DNA of 64,000 nt from an uncultured Mycoplasmatota bacterium (lineage in GTDB: Bacteria > Bacillota_I > Bacilli_A > RF39 > UBA660). The stretch covers positions 8,490 to 72,489 of the forward strand of contig CASEGV010000003.1 in assembly GCA_949287595.1 (NCBI GenBank), written 5' to 3'. Positions 47,588 through 58,839 of the stretch are shown here, one piece after another. The translations under genes and the position numbers were made by a program. Numbering within the stretch: the first letter of the stretch is position 1; the number at the start of each line of letters is the position of its first letter. The notes under the pieces were generated by a model. The model saw only the letters and a program-made list of their open reading frames with translations. It made no database searches and was not told the DNA's origin.

Positions 47588-48214
47588 ATGAAAAAAGTAG
47601 AACTTTTAAATCTTAAAGGTGAAAAAGTAAAGGACATTAACTTAAATGAAAACGTATTTGGAATCGAACCAAATAAAAACGTTTTATATGATGCAATCAT
47701 TTTAGCAAGAGCATCATTAAGACAAGGAACACATAGTACTAAGAATAGATCAGAAGTAAGTGGTGGCGGAAGAAAGCCATGGAGACAAAAAGGAACTGGA
47801 CGTGCTCGTCAAGGTTCTATCAGAGCTGTACAATGGGTAGGTGGAGGAAGATATGGAACTCCAGTACCAAGAGATTACAGCAAGAAACAAAATCGTAAAG
47901 AAAGAAGACTTGCTATCAAGTCAGCTTTAGCTGAAAAAGCAGAAGAAAAAGCAATCATGGTTTTAGAAAACTTAAATTTAACAACACCTAAGACTAAAGA
48001 TATGAAAGCTTTATTAGAAACATTAAAAATTGCTGATAAAAAAGTATTATTAGTAGTAAAAGAATTTGATGATAATATGATTTTAGCATCAAGAAACTTA
48101 CAAAACGTAGTATTAATTTCAGCAGACGAAATCAACGTATTAGATGTTGTAGGTACTGATGTATTAGTATTTACACAAGATGCATTAAATGCTGTAGAGG
48201 AGGTGCTTAAATAA
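47588..48214 (+). CDS. rplD: 50S ribosomal protein L4
   Basis: Motif [19 protein letters not shown]. Confidence 0.97.
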   Translation: MKKVELLNLKGEKVKDINLNENVFGIEPNKNVLYDAIILARASLRQGTHSTKNRSEVSGGGRKPWRQKGTGRARQGSIRAVQWVGGGRYGTPVPRDYSKKQNRKERRLAIKSALAEKAEEKAIMVLENLNLTTPKTKDMKALLETLKIADKKVLLVVKEFDDNMILASRNLQNVVLISADEINVLDVVGTDVLVFTQDALNAVEEVLK

Positions 48215-48498
48215 TGAAAGACACTAAATATCTAGAAATCATCAAGGCACCAGTTATTACTGAAAAATCAATGGCAGACAAAGAAAATGGAAAATATACA
48301 TTCAAAGTTGATCCAAGAGCTAACAAAATTGAAATCAAAAATGCAATTGAAAAAATCTTCAATGTTAAGGTTACATCAATTAGAACAATCAATGTAAAAC
48401 CTAAAAAAAGAAGAGTTGGTCGTTATACAGGATTAACGAATCGTACAAAGAAAGCAATTGTTACTTTAGCTGAAGGACAAACAATTGATCTTGGTTAG
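48214..48498 (+). CDS. rplW: 50S ribosomal protein L23
   Basis: Motifs [11 protein letters not shown] and [20 protein letters not shown]. Confidence 0.95.
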   Translation: MKDTKYLEIIKAPVITEKSMADKENGKYTFKVDPRANKIEIKNAIEKIFNVKVTSIRTINVKPKKRRVGRYTGLTNRTKKAIVTLAEGQTIDLG

Positions 48499-48514
48499 AA
48501 GGAGGAAATAAATT

Positions 48515-49345
48515 ATGGCTATCAAAACATATAAACCTACTACACCAGGTCGTAGAAAAATGAGTACATTAGTGAATGAAGATATCACAACAAGTACTCC
48601 AGAAAAATCTCTATTAACTACTATTAAGAAAAATAGTGGACGTAACAATCAAGGTAAGATAACAGTTCGTCATCAAGGTGGCGGAGTAAAAAGAAAATAT
48701 CGTATCATTGATTTCAAAAGAAATAAATTAGAGATACCTGGAACAGTAGCAAGTATCGAATACGATCCAAATAGAACAGCAAACATCGCATTAATCAATT
48801 ATGCAGATGGTGAGAAAAGATATATCATTGCTCCAAAAGGATTACAAGTAGGAATGAAAATTGAAGCTGGAGCAAATGCTGATATTAAAGTTGGTAACGC
48901 ATTACCAATCATGAATATCCCAGTAGGTACAATGATTCATAATATTGAATTACGTCCTGGTAAAGGTGGAGAACTAGCAAGATCTGCTGGTACTTCAGCA
49001 CAAATCCTTGGACGTGAAGGAAAATATGTAATGGTTCGTCTATCTTCTGGTGAACAAAGAAAAGTTTTAGGAACATGTATGGCAACAGTTGGTGAAGTTG
49101 GAAATGAAGATTCATCACTTGTTAGATTAGGTAAAGCAGGACGTAAACGTCATATGGGAATAAGACCAACAGTTCGTGGTTCTGTTATGAACCCTAACGA
49201 CCATCCACATGGTGGTGGTGAAGGACGTGCTCCAGTAGGACGTAAAGCACCAATGACTCCATGGGGTAAACCTGCACTTGGATTAAAGACACGTAAGAAA
49301 AAACAATCTGACAAGTTCATCGTACGTCGTCGTAATAGTAAATAG
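48515..49345 (+). CDS. rplB: 50S ribosomal protein L2
   Basis: Motifs [17 protein letters not shown] and [12 protein letters not shown]. Confidence 0.97.
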   Translation: MAIKTYKPTTPGRRKMSTLVNEDITTSTPEKSLLTTIKKNSGRNNQGKITVRHQGGGVKRKYRIIDFKRNKLEIPGTVASIEYDPNRTANIALINYADGEKRYIIAPKGLQVGMKIEAGANADIKVGNALPIMNIPVGTMIHNIELRPGKGGELARSAGTSAQILGREGKYVMVRLSSGEQRKVLGTCMATVGEVGNEDSSLVRLGKAGRKRHMGIRPTVRGSVMNPNDHPHGGGEGRAPVGRKAPMTPWGKPALGLKTRKKKQSDKFIVRRRNSK

Positions 49346-49362
49346 GAAAGGATGATTAAATA

Positions 49363-49629
49363 ATGGCAAGAAGTTTAAAAAAAGGACCTTATGTATTTCA
49401 AAGATTATTAAAAAAGGTTCAAGAATTAAATAAGTCTGGTAAAAAAGAAGTCATTAAAACATGGTCACGCCGTTCCACAATTTATCCTGATTTTATAGGA
49501 CATACATTTGCAGTTCACAATGGTAAAGAATTTATACCAGTATATGTTACTGAAGATATGGTTGGACATAAATTAGGTGAATTTGCATTAACTCGTAAAT
49601 TCGGTGGACATGGTTCAGACAAAAAATAA
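49363..49629 (+). CDS. rpsS: 30S ribosomal protein S19
   Basis: Motifs [10 protein letters not shown] and [23 protein letters not shown]. Confidence 0.97.
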   Translation: MARSLKKGPYVFQRLLKKVQELNKSGKKEVIKTWSRRSTIYPDFIGHTFAVHNGKEFIPVYVTEDMVGHKLGEFALTRKFGGHGSDKK

Positions 49630-49655
49630 TTGAAAAATGACTAGGAGGGAAAGAA

Positions 49656-49991
49656 ATGGAAGCAAGAGCAATTGCTAAAGGCCTTAGAGTATCACCTATC
49701 AGAGCTCGATTAACAATCGATATGATTCGTGGTAAAAGTGTACAAGAAGCAGCTAACATCTTAGCTAACACAACTAATAAGTCAGCAAGACTTATCAAAA
49801 AAGTTCTAGATTCTGCTATTGCTAACGCTGTTAACAATAACAACGCTGATGCTGCTACACTTTATGTAAAAGAAGCAAGAGTAGATGCTGGTCCTGTTAT
49901 GAAACGTCACTTTTTTGATTCACGTTCTCACATAGGACATAGAGATCATAGAACTAGTCACATTATTATCGTAGTGGCTACAAAAAACTAA
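49656..49991 (+). CDS. rplV: 50S ribosomal protein L22 (atypical tunnel-loop sequence)
   Basis: Motifs RVSPIRARLTIDMIRGK and a C-terminal RTSHIIIVV. The loop between KR and RTSH is divergent (see findings). Confidence 0.93.
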   Translation: MEARAIAKGLRVSPIRARLTIDMIRGKSVQEAANILANTTNKSARLIKKVLDSAIANAVNNNNADAATLYVKEARVDAGPVMKRHFFDSRSHIGHRDHRTSHIIIVVATKN

Positions 49992-50006
49992 TAAGGAGGT
50001 TAAAAC

Positions 50007-50657
50007 ATGGGACAAAAAGTTAATCCAAACGGGTTAAGACTTGGCATCAACAAAGATTGGGAAGCAAAATGGTATGCAAACAAAAAAGACTTTTCTAAAG
50101 TGTTAGCAAAAGATATTGAAATCCGTAAATATTTAGAAAAGAACTTAAAGAATGCTGGAATTGCAAAAGTTGAAATCGAAAGAAATGCTAAAAGATGTGA
50201 AGTTGTAATCCATACTTCTAAACCAGGAGTTATGATTGGTCGTGGTGGAGAAGAAATTGAAAAATTAAAGAAACAACTATCAAAGATTGCTGATGAAAAT
50301 GTACAAATCTCAATCGTTGATATTAAAAAAGCAGACATGAACGCTCAATTAGTCGCTGATTCAATTGCAAATCAAATTACTAATAGAGCATCATTCCGTA
50401 TGGCTCAAAAACGTGCAATTAGAAATGCTATGAAAGCAGGAGCTAAAGGAATTAAAACATCAGTATCTGGACGTTTAGGTGGGGCTGATATGGCACGTAG
50501 CGAAGGATACACAGAAGGAACTATTCCTCTACATACATTAAGAGCAGATGTTGATTATGCAACAGCAGAAGCTGATACAACATTTGGTAAAATTGGTGTA
50601 AAGGTTTGGATCTATAAAGGAGAAATCCTAAACAAGAAATCTAAGGGAGGTAATTAA
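50007..50657 (+). CDS. rpsC: 30S ribosomal protein S3
   Basis: Motifs [13 protein letters not shown] and a KH domain ([11 protein letters not shown]). Confidence 0.97.
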   Translation: MGQKVNPNGLRLGINKDWEAKWYANKKDFSKVLAKDIEIRKYLEKNLKNAGIAKVEIERNAKRCEVVIHTSKPGVMIGRGGEEIEKLKKQLSKIADENVQISIVDIKKADMNAQLVADSIANQITNRASFRMAQKRAIRNAMKAGAKGIKTSVSGRLGGADMARSEGYTEGTIPLHTLRADVDYATAEADTTFGKIGVKVWIYKGEILNKKSKGGN

Positions 50658-50658
50658 T

Positions 50659-51090
50659 ATGTTAATACCGTCAAGAACTAAATATCGTCGTGTTCATAGA
50701 TTACCTTACGAAGGAAGATCACGTGGAAATAGAACATTAAGTTTCGGAGAATATGGTCTAATGGCAAAAGAAGGAGCTTGGATTACTGCAAATCAAATCG
50801 AAGCTGCTCGTATTGCAATGACTCGTTACATGAAACGTGGTGGTAAAGTTTGGATCAACGTATTCCCTCATATGCCACTTACTAGAAAACCAATTGGTAC
50901 AAGACAAGGTAAAGGTAAAGGTAACGTTGAAGGCTGGGTTGCTGTTGTAAAAGAAGGAAAAATCCTTTTTGAGATTTCAGGAGTTACTGAAGAAGTAGCA
51001 CGTGAGGCATTACGTTTAGCATCTCACAAACTACCAATAGCAACAAAATTTGTAATGAAAGAAAATGGTGGTGAAAATAATGAAGGTTAA
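50659..51090 (+). CDS. rplP: 50S ribosomal protein L16
   Basis: Motif [21 protein letters not shown]. Confidence 0.97.
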   Translation: MLIPSRTKYRRVHRLPYEGRSRGNRTLSFGEYGLMAKEGAWITANQIEAARIAMTRYMKRGGKVWINVFPHMPLTRKPIGTRQGKGKGNVEGWVAVVKEGKILFEISGVTEEVAREALRLASHKLPIATKFVMKENGGENNEG

Positions 51091-51274
51091 AGAGATTAGA
51101 GAATTAACAACTGAAGAAATTAATACAAAGTTATTCGAAGCAAAACAAGAACTATTTAACTTACGTTTCCAACAAGCGACTGGAAACCTTGAAAAACCTT
51201 CTAGAATTAGAGATTTAAGACACACCGTTGCAAGAATGAAAACTGTTCTAAAAGAACGTGAAAGTAACGAATAG
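51080..51274 (+). CDS. rpmC: 50S ribosomal protein L29
   Basis: Sequence [14 protein letters not shown]...[11 protein letters not shown] 51080 overlaps the end of rplP; the listed 51065 start is too long. Confidence 0.93.
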   Translation: MKVKEIRELTTEEINTKLFEAKQELFNLRFQQATGNLEKPSRIRDLRHTVARMKTVLKERESNE

Positions 51275-51285
51275 GAGGTTGTATA

Positions 51286-51546
51286 ATGGAAAAGAAAATT
51301 GAAAGAGAATTAGTTGGAAAAGTAGTTAGCGCAACTAATGATAAGACAATAAGCGTTTTAGTTGAAACTCATAAAAACCATCCGTTATATCACAAAAGAG
51401 TAAAAAGCTCTAAGAAATATAGTGTACATGATGAAAAAAATATCGCTAAAGTTGGAGACACAGTACGTATTGCAGAAACAAGACCTATGTCAAAAACAAA
51501 ACACTTCTATTTAAAAGAAGTAGTAAAAGAAGCAGTTATTATTTAA
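51286..51546 (+). CDS. rpsQ: 30S ribosomal protein S17
   Basis: Motifs [17 protein letters not shown] and [11 protein letters not shown]. Confidence 0.96.
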   Translation: MEKKIERELVGKVVSATNDKTISVLVETHKNHPLYHKRVKSSKKYSVHDEKNIAKVGDTVRIAETRPMSKTKHFYLKEVVKEAVII

Positions 51547-51580
51547 CGCTTAGATGATTGGAAAGAAGGAGGAATAATCT

Positions 51581-51949
51581 ATGTTACAACAAGAAAGCCG
51601 CTTAAAAGTTGCAGACAACACTGGTGCACGTGAGTTATTAGTAATTCGTGTACTTGGCGGAAGTAAAGTAAAAACAGGTAACATTGGTGATGTAGTAGTT
51701 GGAACAGTAAAAAATGCAATTCCTAACTCACCATTACCAAAAGGAAAAGTTGTAAAAGCAGTTATCGTTCGTAGTCGTCAAGGCGTTCGTCGTGAAGATG
51801 GAAGTTATATTAAGTTCGATGACAATGCTTGTGTTATCATTCGTGATGACAAGAGTCCAGTAGGTACTCGTATTTTTGGACCAGTCGCAAGAGAACTTCG
51901 TGATAAAGACTACATGAAAATTGTTTCTTTAGCAAAAGAAGTACTATAA
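51581..51949 (+). CDS. rplN: 50S ribosomal protein L14
   Basis: Sequence begins [18 protein letters not shown]. Confidence 0.97.
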   Translation: MLQQESRLKVADNTGARELLVIRVLGGSKVKTGNIGDVVVGTVKNAIPNSPLPKGKVVKAVIVRSRQGVRREDGSYIKFDDNACVIIRDDKSPVGTRIFGPVARELRDKDYMKIVSLAKEVL

Positions 51950-51964
51950 TGAGGAGGATAAATT

Positions 51965-52276
51965 ATGAACTTTAAAGTAGGAGATAAAGTTGTAGTTATC
52001 GCTGGTTCTGATAAAGGTAAAGAAGGAAAAATTATTAAAACATTAAGAAGCGAAAACAAAGTTGTAGTTGAAGGTGTAAACGTAGTTAAGAAACATCAAA
52101 AACCTACAGCTAATGAATCTGGTGGAATTATCGAAGTAGAAAAACCAATTCATGCATCAAATGTTATGATCGTTGATCCTAAGACAAAAAAAGGAACTAG
52201 AATCGGACATACAACAGATACAAAAACAGGTAAAAAAATAAGAATTACAAAAAAATCAAACGAGAAGCTTGATTAG
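51965..52276 (+). CDS. rplX: 50S ribosomal protein L24
   Basis: KOW motif [18 protein letters not shown]. Confidence 0.96.
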   Translation: MNFKVGDKVVVIAGSDKGKEGKIIKTLRSENKVVVEGVNVVKKHQKPTANESGGIIEVEKPIHASNVMIVDPKTKKGTRIGHTTDTKTGKKIRITKKSNEKLD

Positions 52277-52293
52277 TTGGAAGGAGGGTAACT

Positions 52294-52833
52294 ATGAACC
52301 GCCTAAAAGAGAAATACTTAAATGAAGTTGTTCCAAGTTTAAAAGAAAAATATAATTATAAATCAATTATGGAAGTTCCAAAGTTAGAAAAGATTGTTAT
52401 TAATATCGGTGTAGGTGATGCTACATCTAACTCAAAACTAATTGATGCAGCAGTGAATGATTTAGCAAAAATCTCTGGACAAAAACCAGTAGTAACACGT
52501 GCTAAAAAATCAATTGCTGGATTCAAACTAAGAGAAGGACATGCAATTGGATGTAAAGTTACATTACGTGGAGAAAACATGTATAACTTTATGGATAAAC
52601 TAATTGCAATCGCACTACCAAGTGTAAGAGACTTCCGTGGAGTTAGTCCAAAAGCATTTGATGGTAGAGGAAACTATACATTAGGAATTAAAGAACAATT
52701 AATCTTTTCAGAAATTGATTATGATGATGTTGTAAAAGTACGTGGAATGGATATCGTATTTGTAACAACAGCAAAAACTAATGAAGAATCATTCGATTTA
52801 TTAAATGGACTTGGAATTCCTTTTAGAAAGTAA
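52294..52833 (+). CDS. rplE: 50S ribosomal protein L5
   Basis: Motifs NRLKEKY and [12 protein letters not shown]. Confidence 0.97.
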   Translation: MNRLKEKYLNEVVPSLKEKYNYKSIMEVPKLEKIVINIGVGDATSNSKLIDAAVNDLAKISGQKPVVTRAKKSIAGFKLREGHAIGCKVTLRGENMYNFMDKLIAIALPSVRDFRGVSPKAFDGRGNYTLGIKEQLIFSEIDYDDVVKVRGMDIVFVTTAKTNEESFDLLNGLGIPFRK

Positions 52834-52848
52834 AATGGGAGGAATATT

Positions 52849-53034
52849 ATGGCAAAGAAAAGTATGATAGTAAAAGCTAATAGACCACAAAAGTATAAAG
52901 TACGTGAATACACTAGATGTGCTCGTTGTGGTAGACCTCACGCAGTTATGAGTAAATTCGGAATCTGCCGTATTTGCTTCCGTGAATTAGCTTATAAAGG
53001 ACAAATACCAGGACTTAAGAAATCAAGTTGGTAA
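52849..53034 (+). CDS. rpsN: 30S ribosomal protein S14, zinc-binding type Z (61 aa)
   Basis: Cys motif [10 protein letters not shown]...CRICFR. Confidence 0.95.
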   Translation: MAKKSMIVKANRPQKYKVREYTRCARCGRPHAVMSKFGICRICFRELAYKGQIPGLKKSSW

Positions 53035-53433
53035 TTGGAAAGGAGGACAGATACAATTGCAGATATGTTAACTCGTATTCGTAATGCAAATCAAATGCGC
53101 TATGAAGAAGTTGAAGTTCCTGCATCTAAAATTAAAGAAGAAATCGCAAGAATTTTAAAAGATGAAGGATTTATTAAAGATTATAAAGTTGTAAAAGAAG
53201 ATGCTCAAGGAAAAATTCTTTTAACTTTAAAATATAACAAGAAAGAAAGAGTTATAACAGGGCTAAAGAGAATTTCTAAACCAGGACTTCGTGTATATGT
53301 AAACAGTAACGAAATTCCAAGAGTATTAAATGGATTAGGAATCGCTATCCTTTCTACATCTAAAGGAATTATGACTGATAAAGAAGCACGTAAAGAAAAT
53401 ATAGGTGGGGAAGTTCTAGCTTATATTTGGTAA
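53035..53433 (+). CDS. rpsH: 30S ribosomal protein S8
   Basis: Motifs [14 protein letters not shown] and a C-terminal GGEVLAYIW. The start is ambiguous: a TTG abuts the rpsN stop. Confidence 0.9.
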   Translation: MERRTDTIADMLTRIRNANQMRYEEVEVPASKIKEEIARILKDEGFIKDYKVVKEDAQGKILLTLKYNKKERVITGLKRISKPGLRVYVNSNEIPRVLNGLGIAILSTSKGIMTDKEARKENIGGEVLAYIW

Positions 53434-53459
53434 TAAAGAAAATATAAGGAGGTGTCAAG

Positions 53460-53990
53460 ATGAGCCGTATAGGAAATCGTACAATTATTGTTCCTGAAGG
53501 AGTTACAGTAAAAGAAGAAAATAATACAGTAACAGTAACTGGACCAAAAGGAACTCTATCTCAAGTAATGCTAAAAGATATTACTATGAAACAAGATGAT
53601 AATAAAATTACTTTAGAACGTAAAAATGAAAATGCAAAAGCAATGCATGGTACAATGAATGCTTTAATCCACAACATGATCGAAGGTGTTACTAAAGGCT
53701 TTGAAAAAGGACTAGAAATCATTGGTGTTGGATATCGTTTCAATGTTCAAGGTAAGAAATTAGTAATTAATGCTGGTTATTCTCATCCAGTAGAGATGGA
53801 AATACCAGAAGGATTAACAGTAGAAGCTAACGGAAATACTGAAATTACTATCAAAGGTATTGATAAAGTATTAGTTGGAGAATTTGCTGCTAATGTAAGA
53901 AAAGTAAGACCACCTGAACCATATAAAGGTAAAGGTATTCGTTATAAAGATGAACATGTTCGTCGTAAAGAAGGAAAGAAAGCTGCTTAG
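53460..53990 (+). CDS. rplF: 50S ribosomal protein L6
   Basis: Motifs SRIGNRTI and [12 protein letters not shown]. Confidence 0.97.
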   Translation: MSRIGNRTIIVPEGVTVKEENNTVTVTGPKGTLSQVMLKDITMKQDDNKITLERKNENAKAMHGTMNALIHNMIEGVTKGFEKGLEIIGVGYRFNVQGKKLVINAGYSHPVEMEIPEGLTVEANGNTEITIKGIDKVLVGEFAANVRKVRPPEPYKGKGIRYKDEHVRRKEGKKAA

Positions 53991-54015
53991 TAAGTAGGAA
54001 AGGAGAAATCAAAGT

Positions 54016-54378
54016 ATGATAAAGAAACAATCTCGTAACAGTATGCGTGAAGTTCGTCATGAAAGAATTCGTAAAAACTTGATGGGAACAAGCGCAGTAC
54101 CTAGATTATGCGTATTCCGTTCTAACACTGGAATTTATGCACAAATTATCGATGATGAAACTAGAACTACTCTTGTATCTGCTTCCTCATTAGACAAAGA
54201 TTTAAATATCAAAAATGGAAGTAATGTTGAAGCAGCTAAAGTTGTTGGTAAGGCAATTGCCGAAAAAGCAACAAAAGCAAAAATTACAAAAGTGGTATTT
54301 GATAGAGGAGGATACCTTTATCATGGACGTGTAAAAGCATTAGCTGATGCTGCACGTGAAAATGGATTAGAATTCTAA
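54016..54378 (+). CDS. rplR: 50S ribosomal protein L18
   Basis: Motifs [19 protein letters not shown] and [21 protein letters not shown]. Confidence 0.97.
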   Translation: MIKKQSRNSMREVRHERIRKNLMGTSAVPRLCVFRSNTGIYAQIIDDETRTTLVSASSLDKDLNIKNGSNVEAAKVVGKAIAEKATKAKITKVVFDRGGYLYHGRVKALADAARENGLEF

Positions 54379-54390
54379 TAGGAGGGTATT

Positions 54391-54900
54391 ATGCAAAGAA
54401 AGTCAAACGAACCTAGAGAAAAGTTGTTTGAAGAATTAGTAATCGATGTTAAAAGCGTAGTAAAAGTTACTAAAGGTGGACGTCGTAGAAGATATTCAGC
54501 AACTGTTGTCGTAGGTGATCGTAAAGGTAAAGTTGGATTAGGTATTGGAAAAGCAAACGAAGTACCTGATGCAATAAAGAAAGCAATTCAAGATGCAAAC
54601 AAGAAAATGATCACAATACCTCTAATTGATGGAAGAACAGTAGCACATGAAATGATTGGAACTAGTGGAGCTGCGAGAGTAATTATCAAACCTGCTCCAG
54701 CTGGTACTGGTATCATCGCTGGTGGAGCTGTTCGTGCTATCTTAGAATTAGCAGGAATTCGTGATGTTGTCTCTAAATCACTAGGAGCAAGAACTAAAAT
54801 TAATACTGCAACTGCTGCATTAAATGCATTAAAAGCAATGAAAACAGTTGAACAAGTAGCAGCACTTCGTGGTAAAACAGTAGAGGAGATATTAGGATAA
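54391..54900 (+). CDS. rpsE: 30S ribosomal protein S5
   Basis: Motifs [20 protein letters not shown] and [15 protein letters not shown]. Confidence 0.97.
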   Translation: MQRKSNEPREKLFEELVIDVKSVVKVTKGGRRRRYSATVVVGDRKGKVGLGIGKANEVPDAIKKAIQDANKKMITIPLIDGRTVAHEMIGTSGAARVIIKPAPAGTGIIAGGAVRAILELAGIRDVVSKSLGARTKINTATAALNALKAMKTVEQVAALRGKTVEEILG

Positions 54901-55343
54901 TGAAATTACATGAATTAGAAAAAAATATCGGTGCTACTCATGCAAGAAAACGTGTAGGACGCGGTCCAGGTAGTGGTCTTGGTAAAACAAGTGGACGCGG
55001 ACAAAAAGGACAAAAAGCACGTAGTGGTGGTAGTATCAATCCAGTATTTGAAGGTGGACAATTACCATTATATAGAAGACTTCCAAAGAGAGGTTTCAAG
55101 AATGCATTATTTAAGACAACTTATGCAACAATCAATGTAGAAGATTTAAATGCATTTGAAGATGGTACTGTAGTAACACCTGCATTACTAAAGGACAAAG
55201 GAATTATTAAAAAAGGTTTAGATGGACTAAAAGTTTTAGGAAATGGAAAATTAGAGCGTAAGCTTACAATTCAAGCAAATAAATTTTCAAAAACTGCTCT
55301 AGAAAAGATCAAAGAATCAGGAAGCAAAGCTGAGGTGATCTAG
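54900..55343 (+). CDS. rplO: 50S ribosomal protein L15
   Basis: Motif [26 protein letters not shown]. The ATG overlaps the rpsE stop (TAATG). Confidence 0.97.
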   Translation: MKLHELEKNIGATHARKRVGRGPGSGLGKTSGRGQKGQKARSGGSINPVFEGGQLPLYRRLPKRGFKNALFKTTYATINVEDLNAFEDGTVVTPALLKDKGIIKKGLDGLKVLGNGKLERKLTIQANKFSKTALEKIKESGSKAEVI

Positions 55344-55344
55344 T

Positions 55345-56619
55345 ATGTTTAAAACTATGAAGCAATTATTTACCTCAACGAATAAAGATTTACGTCATCG
55401 TATTTACTTTACTCTTGCGGCATTAATGATCTTCATACTAGGTATTTCAATTCGTGTTCCTGGAACAGAAGACTTAACAAGTAGTTTAGGATTCTTAGAA
55501 TTAATCAATACGCTTGGTGGTGGAGCACTAAAAAACTTCTCAATCTTTGCATTAGGTGTTATGCCATATATTACGGCATCAATCATCATGCAATTATTAC
55601 AAATGGATATTATTCCATATTTTACAGAGCTAAAAAACCAAGGTGCAACAGGAAGACGTAAATTAAATCAAATTACTAGATATGTAGGTATCATCTTTGC
55701 TTTTATTGAAGGATATGCATTCTCATTTGCCTTTATTGGTAAATCAGGAGATGTCGTAGAATATCTTTATATAGCAACTGTTTTAACAGCTGGTACCGCA
55801 TTCTTACTTTGGTTAGGTGATCAAATAACACAAAAAGGAATAGGAAATGGAATCAGTCTAATTATCATGGCTGGTATCATTGCAACATTACCTCAAATGT
55901 TTATTGATGCATTTACTGGTCTAATTGCGTTTGATGGTACAGCACAAGTAATTACATTAGGAATTATCAAATTTATTCTATTTGTAATAGTATACTTTGC
56001 AATAGTCATTGGTATGATATTTGTTCAAGAATCAGAACGAAGAATACCAATTCAATATGCCAATAAATCAACAAGTGCATATGGCGCTTCAGCACAAAGT
56101 TTTATGCCAATCAAAATTAATACAGCAGGAGTTATTCCAGTAATATTTGCATCAAGCTTACTTGCAATCCCTGGAATTTTAGCACAAGTAATAAAAAATG
56201 AAACATTTACTTTAGTTGTACAAAAATATTTAACATATACAACTCCAGTTGGATTCTTAATCTATGTAGTCTTAATTTTCTTCTTTGCATACTTCTATAC
56301 GTTTATTCAAGTAAAACCAGAAGAGTTTGCAAAGAACTTACAAGAAAATGGAGGATACATTCCAGGAATCAGACCTGGAGAAGAAACCAAAAAACATGTA
56401 AGCAAAATATTATCAAGACTTACTATTTTAGGATCAACATTCTTAGTAGTAATTGCTGGATTACCAATTCTATTTTCTAAATTGACAAGCTTACCTACAA
56501 GTGTATCCATTGGTGGTACAGGATTATTAATCGTAGTAGGTGTAGCACTTGAAACTTATAAACAATTGGAAGGAAGTATTTTGACCAGAAGTTATAAGAG
56601 AGGATATAGTAGAAGGTAA
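55345..56619 (+). CDS. secY: Preprotein translocase subunit SecY
   Basis: 10-TM protein with motifs FALGVMPYITASIIMQLL and GGYIPGIRPG. Confidence 0.97.
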   Translation: MFKTMKQLFTSTNKDLRHRIYFTLAALMIFILGISIRVPGTEDLTSSLGFLELINTLGGGALKNFSIFALGVMPYITASIIMQLLQMDIIPYFTELKNQGATGRRKLNQITRYVGIIFAFIEGYAFSFAFIGKSGDVVEYLYIATVLTAGTAFLLWLGDQITQKGIGNGISLIIMAGIIATLPQMFIDAFTGLIAFDGTAQVITLGIIKFILFVIVYFAIVIGMIFVQESERRIPIQYANKSTSAYGASAQSFMPIKINTAGVIPVIFASSLLAIPGILAQVIKNETFTLVVQKYLTYTTPVGFLIYVVLIFFFAYFYTFIQVKPEEFAKNLQENGGYIPGIRPGEETKKHVSKILSRLTILGSTFLVVIAGLPILFSKLTSLPTSVSIGGTGLLIVVGVALETYKQLEGSILTRSYKRGYSRR

Positions 56620-56621
56620 AA

Positions 56622-57284
56622 ATGAAAAATATTATGTTTATAGCACCACCTGCTGCTGGAAAAGGAACACAAGCAGAGCTAGTTGTTGCAAAATATCATA
56701 TTCCACATATCTCTACTGGCGATATCTTAAGAGAAATTGCCAAAGAAGATAGTGAAGTAGGAAATTATGTTGCAGAAACACTAGCAAGTGGTAAATTAGT
56801 AAAAGATGAAATTACATATCAACTAATTGAAAAAAGACTAGGACAGAAAGACTGTAAAAATGGTTACATTATTGATGGTTTTCCAAGAAGTCTAGAGCAA
56901 GCAGTTGAATATGATAACATCCTAAAGAAATTAGGGTATGAAGTAGGAAATGTAATTTCAATTGTAATCGATGAAAAAACATTAGAAAGAAGAATAACAG
57001 GCAGAAGAGTATGTGAAGACTGTCATGCCGTCTATAACATTAATGAAGAATCGAGTGCACCAGCACAAGAGTCTGTCTGTGATATCTGTGGTGGAAAACT
57101 ATACCAAAGAAATGATGACAACCTAGAAGCATTCCAAACTAGATATAAAATGTATCAAGAAAAAACAGAACCAATTATAGAACACTATAAAAAACAAGGT
57201 GTATTATATGAGGTAGACGGAAATGATACAATAGAAAATGTTTTTAAACAAGTAGATAAAATTATCAGCTTATCATCAAAATAA
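56622..57284 (+). CDS. adk: Adenylate kinase (zinc-lid type)
   Basis: Motifs APPAAGKGTQ and DGFPRS, with lid CEDC...CDICGG. Confidence 0.96.
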   Translation: MKNIMFIAPPAAGKGTQAELVVAKYHIPHISTGDILREIAKEDSEVGNYVAETLASGKLVKDEITYQLIEKRLGQKDCKNGYIIDGFPRSLEQAVEYDNILKKLGYEVGNVISIVIDEKTLERRITGRRVCEDCHAVYNINEESSAPAQESVCDICGGKLYQRNDDNLEAFQTRYKMYQEKTEPIIEHYKKQGVLYEVDGNDTIENVFKQVDKIISLSSK

Positions 57285-57313
57285 AGCTATGCAAATAATG
57301 GAGATGAAAAATA

Positions 57314-58060
57314 ATGATAACAATTAAAAGTAAGAGAGAAATTGAATTATTAAAAATTGCTGGTAATATTGTATATCAAACTCATCAGTATCTAAAACCA
57401 TTGATAAAAGAAGGAATCACAACCAAAGAGTTAGATAAGCTAGCAGAAGACTTCATAAGAAGTAAGGATGCTACTCCTTCTTTTAAAGGATACGAGGGTT
57501 TCCCATCTACACTATGTACAAGTATCAATTCAGAAGTAGTCCACGGGTTTCCAAGTGATAGAAAATTAAAAAATGGAGACATTATCTCTATTGATATTGG
57601 AGCCTGTTATAAAGGATATCATGGAGATTCTGCTTGGACTTACACCGTAGGAGAAGTAGATGAAAAAACAAAACAGTTACTAGAAGACACTGAAAAATCC
57701 TTATTCATAGGCCTAGAACAAGTAAAGCCAGGTAATAGAATAGGAGATATTGGTTATGCGATTGAACAGTACGCCCGAAAACATAATCTAGGTGTTGTAA
57801 GAGAGTTATGTGGTCATGGAGTAGGAACTTCTGTACATGAAGACCCTGAAGTACCAAATTATGGAATACCTAATACCGGTCCAAGATTAAAAGAAGGAAT
57901 GGTAATTGCGGTAGAACCAATGTTAACCTTAGGTAGTCCAAAAGTATTCTTACATGATAATGATTGGACTGTAGACACACAAGATGGTAGCTTATCTGCC
58001 CATTTTGAACATACAGTCGTAGTAACAAAAGATGGATATCAAATCTTAACAGGAGAGTGA
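57314..58060 (+). CDS. map: Methionine aminopeptidase type I
   Basis: Motifs [27 protein letters not shown] and AHFEHTV. Confidence 0.96.
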   Translation: MITIKSKREIELLKIAGNIVYQTHQYLKPLIKEGITTKELDKLAEDFIRSKDATPSFKGYEGFPSTLCTSINSEVVHGFPSDRKLKNGDIISIDIGACYKGYHGDSAWTYTVGEVDEKTKQLLEDTEKSLFIGLEQVKPGNRIGDIGYAIEQYARKHNLGVVRELCGHGVGTSVHEDPEVPNYGIPNTGPRLKEGMVIAVEPMLTLGSPKVFLHDNDWTVDTQDGSLSAHFEHTVVVTKDGYQILTGE

Positions 58061-58065
58061 TAAAG

Positions 58066-58281
58066 ATGGCCAAAGAAGATACAATTGAAATTGAAGGTAA
58101 AGTTCTTGAAATTATCCCAGGTGGGAAATTCAAAGTTCAACTAGAAAATGGACACATTGTGGAAGCTCACGTTTCTGGTAAAATACGAATGAACTATATT
58201 CGTATCTTAGCAGGAGATACCGTAATGATAGAACTTTCACCTTATGATTTAACACGTGGGCGTATAACCTATCGTAAATAA
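58066..58281 (+). CDS. infA: Translation initiation factor IF-1
   Basis: Motifs [13 protein letters not shown] and [16 protein letters not shown] 58066 sits downstream of GGAGAG. Confidence 0.96.
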   Translation: MAKEDTIEIEGKVLEIIPGGKFKVQLENGHIVEAHVSGKIRMNYIRILAGDTVMIELSPYDLTRGRITYRK

Positions 58282-58295
58282 TAGGAGGGATAAAA

Positions 58296-58409
58296 ATGAA
58301 AGTTAAAGCATCAGTAAAACCAATTTGCGAAAAATGCAAAGTTGTAAAACGTAAAGGTACAGTAAGAATAATCTGTGAAAATCCAAAGCATAAACAAAAA
58401 CAAGGATAA
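58296..58409 (+). CDS. rpmJ: 50S ribosomal protein L36 (37 aa; below the ORF-track length cutoff)
   Basis: My translation is [47 protein letters not shown] lies upstream. Confidence 0.93.
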   Translation: MKVKASVKPICEKCKVVKRKGTVRIICENPKHKQKQG

Positions 58410-58429
58410 TTTTTTAGGAGGTGTATTAA

Positions 58430-58798
58430 ATGGCACGTATTAAAGGTGTAGATATTCCAAATGATAAACACATTTGCATTTCATTAACTTATATTTATGG
58501 TATTGGAAAAAGTTTAGCAAGACAAATTTTAAAAGCAGTAAACATTGATCCAACAAAAAAGACGAAAGACTTATCACAAGAAGAATTAGTTAAGATTCGT
58601 GATGAAATTAACAAACACTTAACTGAAGGTGATCTTCGTCGTGAAGTAAGTATGAATATCAAAACTAAAATGGAGATCAATTCTTATCAAGGAAGTCGCC
58701 ATAAAAAAGGATTACCTGTAAGAGGACAAAGAACAAACCGTAATGCTCGTACTCGTAAAGGTAAAGGAAAAGTAGTAGCAAACAAGAAGAAAGTTTAG
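58430..58798 (+). CDS. rpsM: 30S ribosomal protein S13
   Basis: Motifs [10 protein letters not shown] and [18 protein letters not shown]. Confidence 0.97.
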   Translation: MARIKGVDIPNDKHICISLTYIYGIGKSLARQILKAVNIDPTKKTKDLSQEELVKIRDEINKHLTEGDLRREVSMNIKTKMEINSYQGSRHKKGLPVRGQRTNRNARTRKGKGKVVANKKKV

Positions 58799-58839
58799 TT
58801 AGAAATTAACAAGGATAATTTTTTGAAGGAGGTAAACTC

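Noticed and set aside
49908-49950. Possible compensated frameshift or sequencing error at the T6 run, as an explanation for the odd L22 loop
   Set aside because: Translating the other two frames from 49905 gives stops within 10 codons and nothing resembling PRAxGRA. The divergent loop is therefore reported as a finding. Read-level confirmation is still advisable.
49547-50338. Minus-strand ORFs of 98 and 112 aa inside the rpsS/rplV/rpsC region
   Set aside because: They are antisense to highly conserved ribosomal protein genes.
58401-58415. The 15-mer CAAGGATAATTTTTT occurs at the rpmJ stop and again at 58810-58824 upstream of rpsK
   Set aside because: At roughly 30% GC I estimate that tens of exact 15-mer repeats are expected by chance in 64 kb. 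Both copies are AT-rich and SD-proximal, so I do not treat this as a real element.
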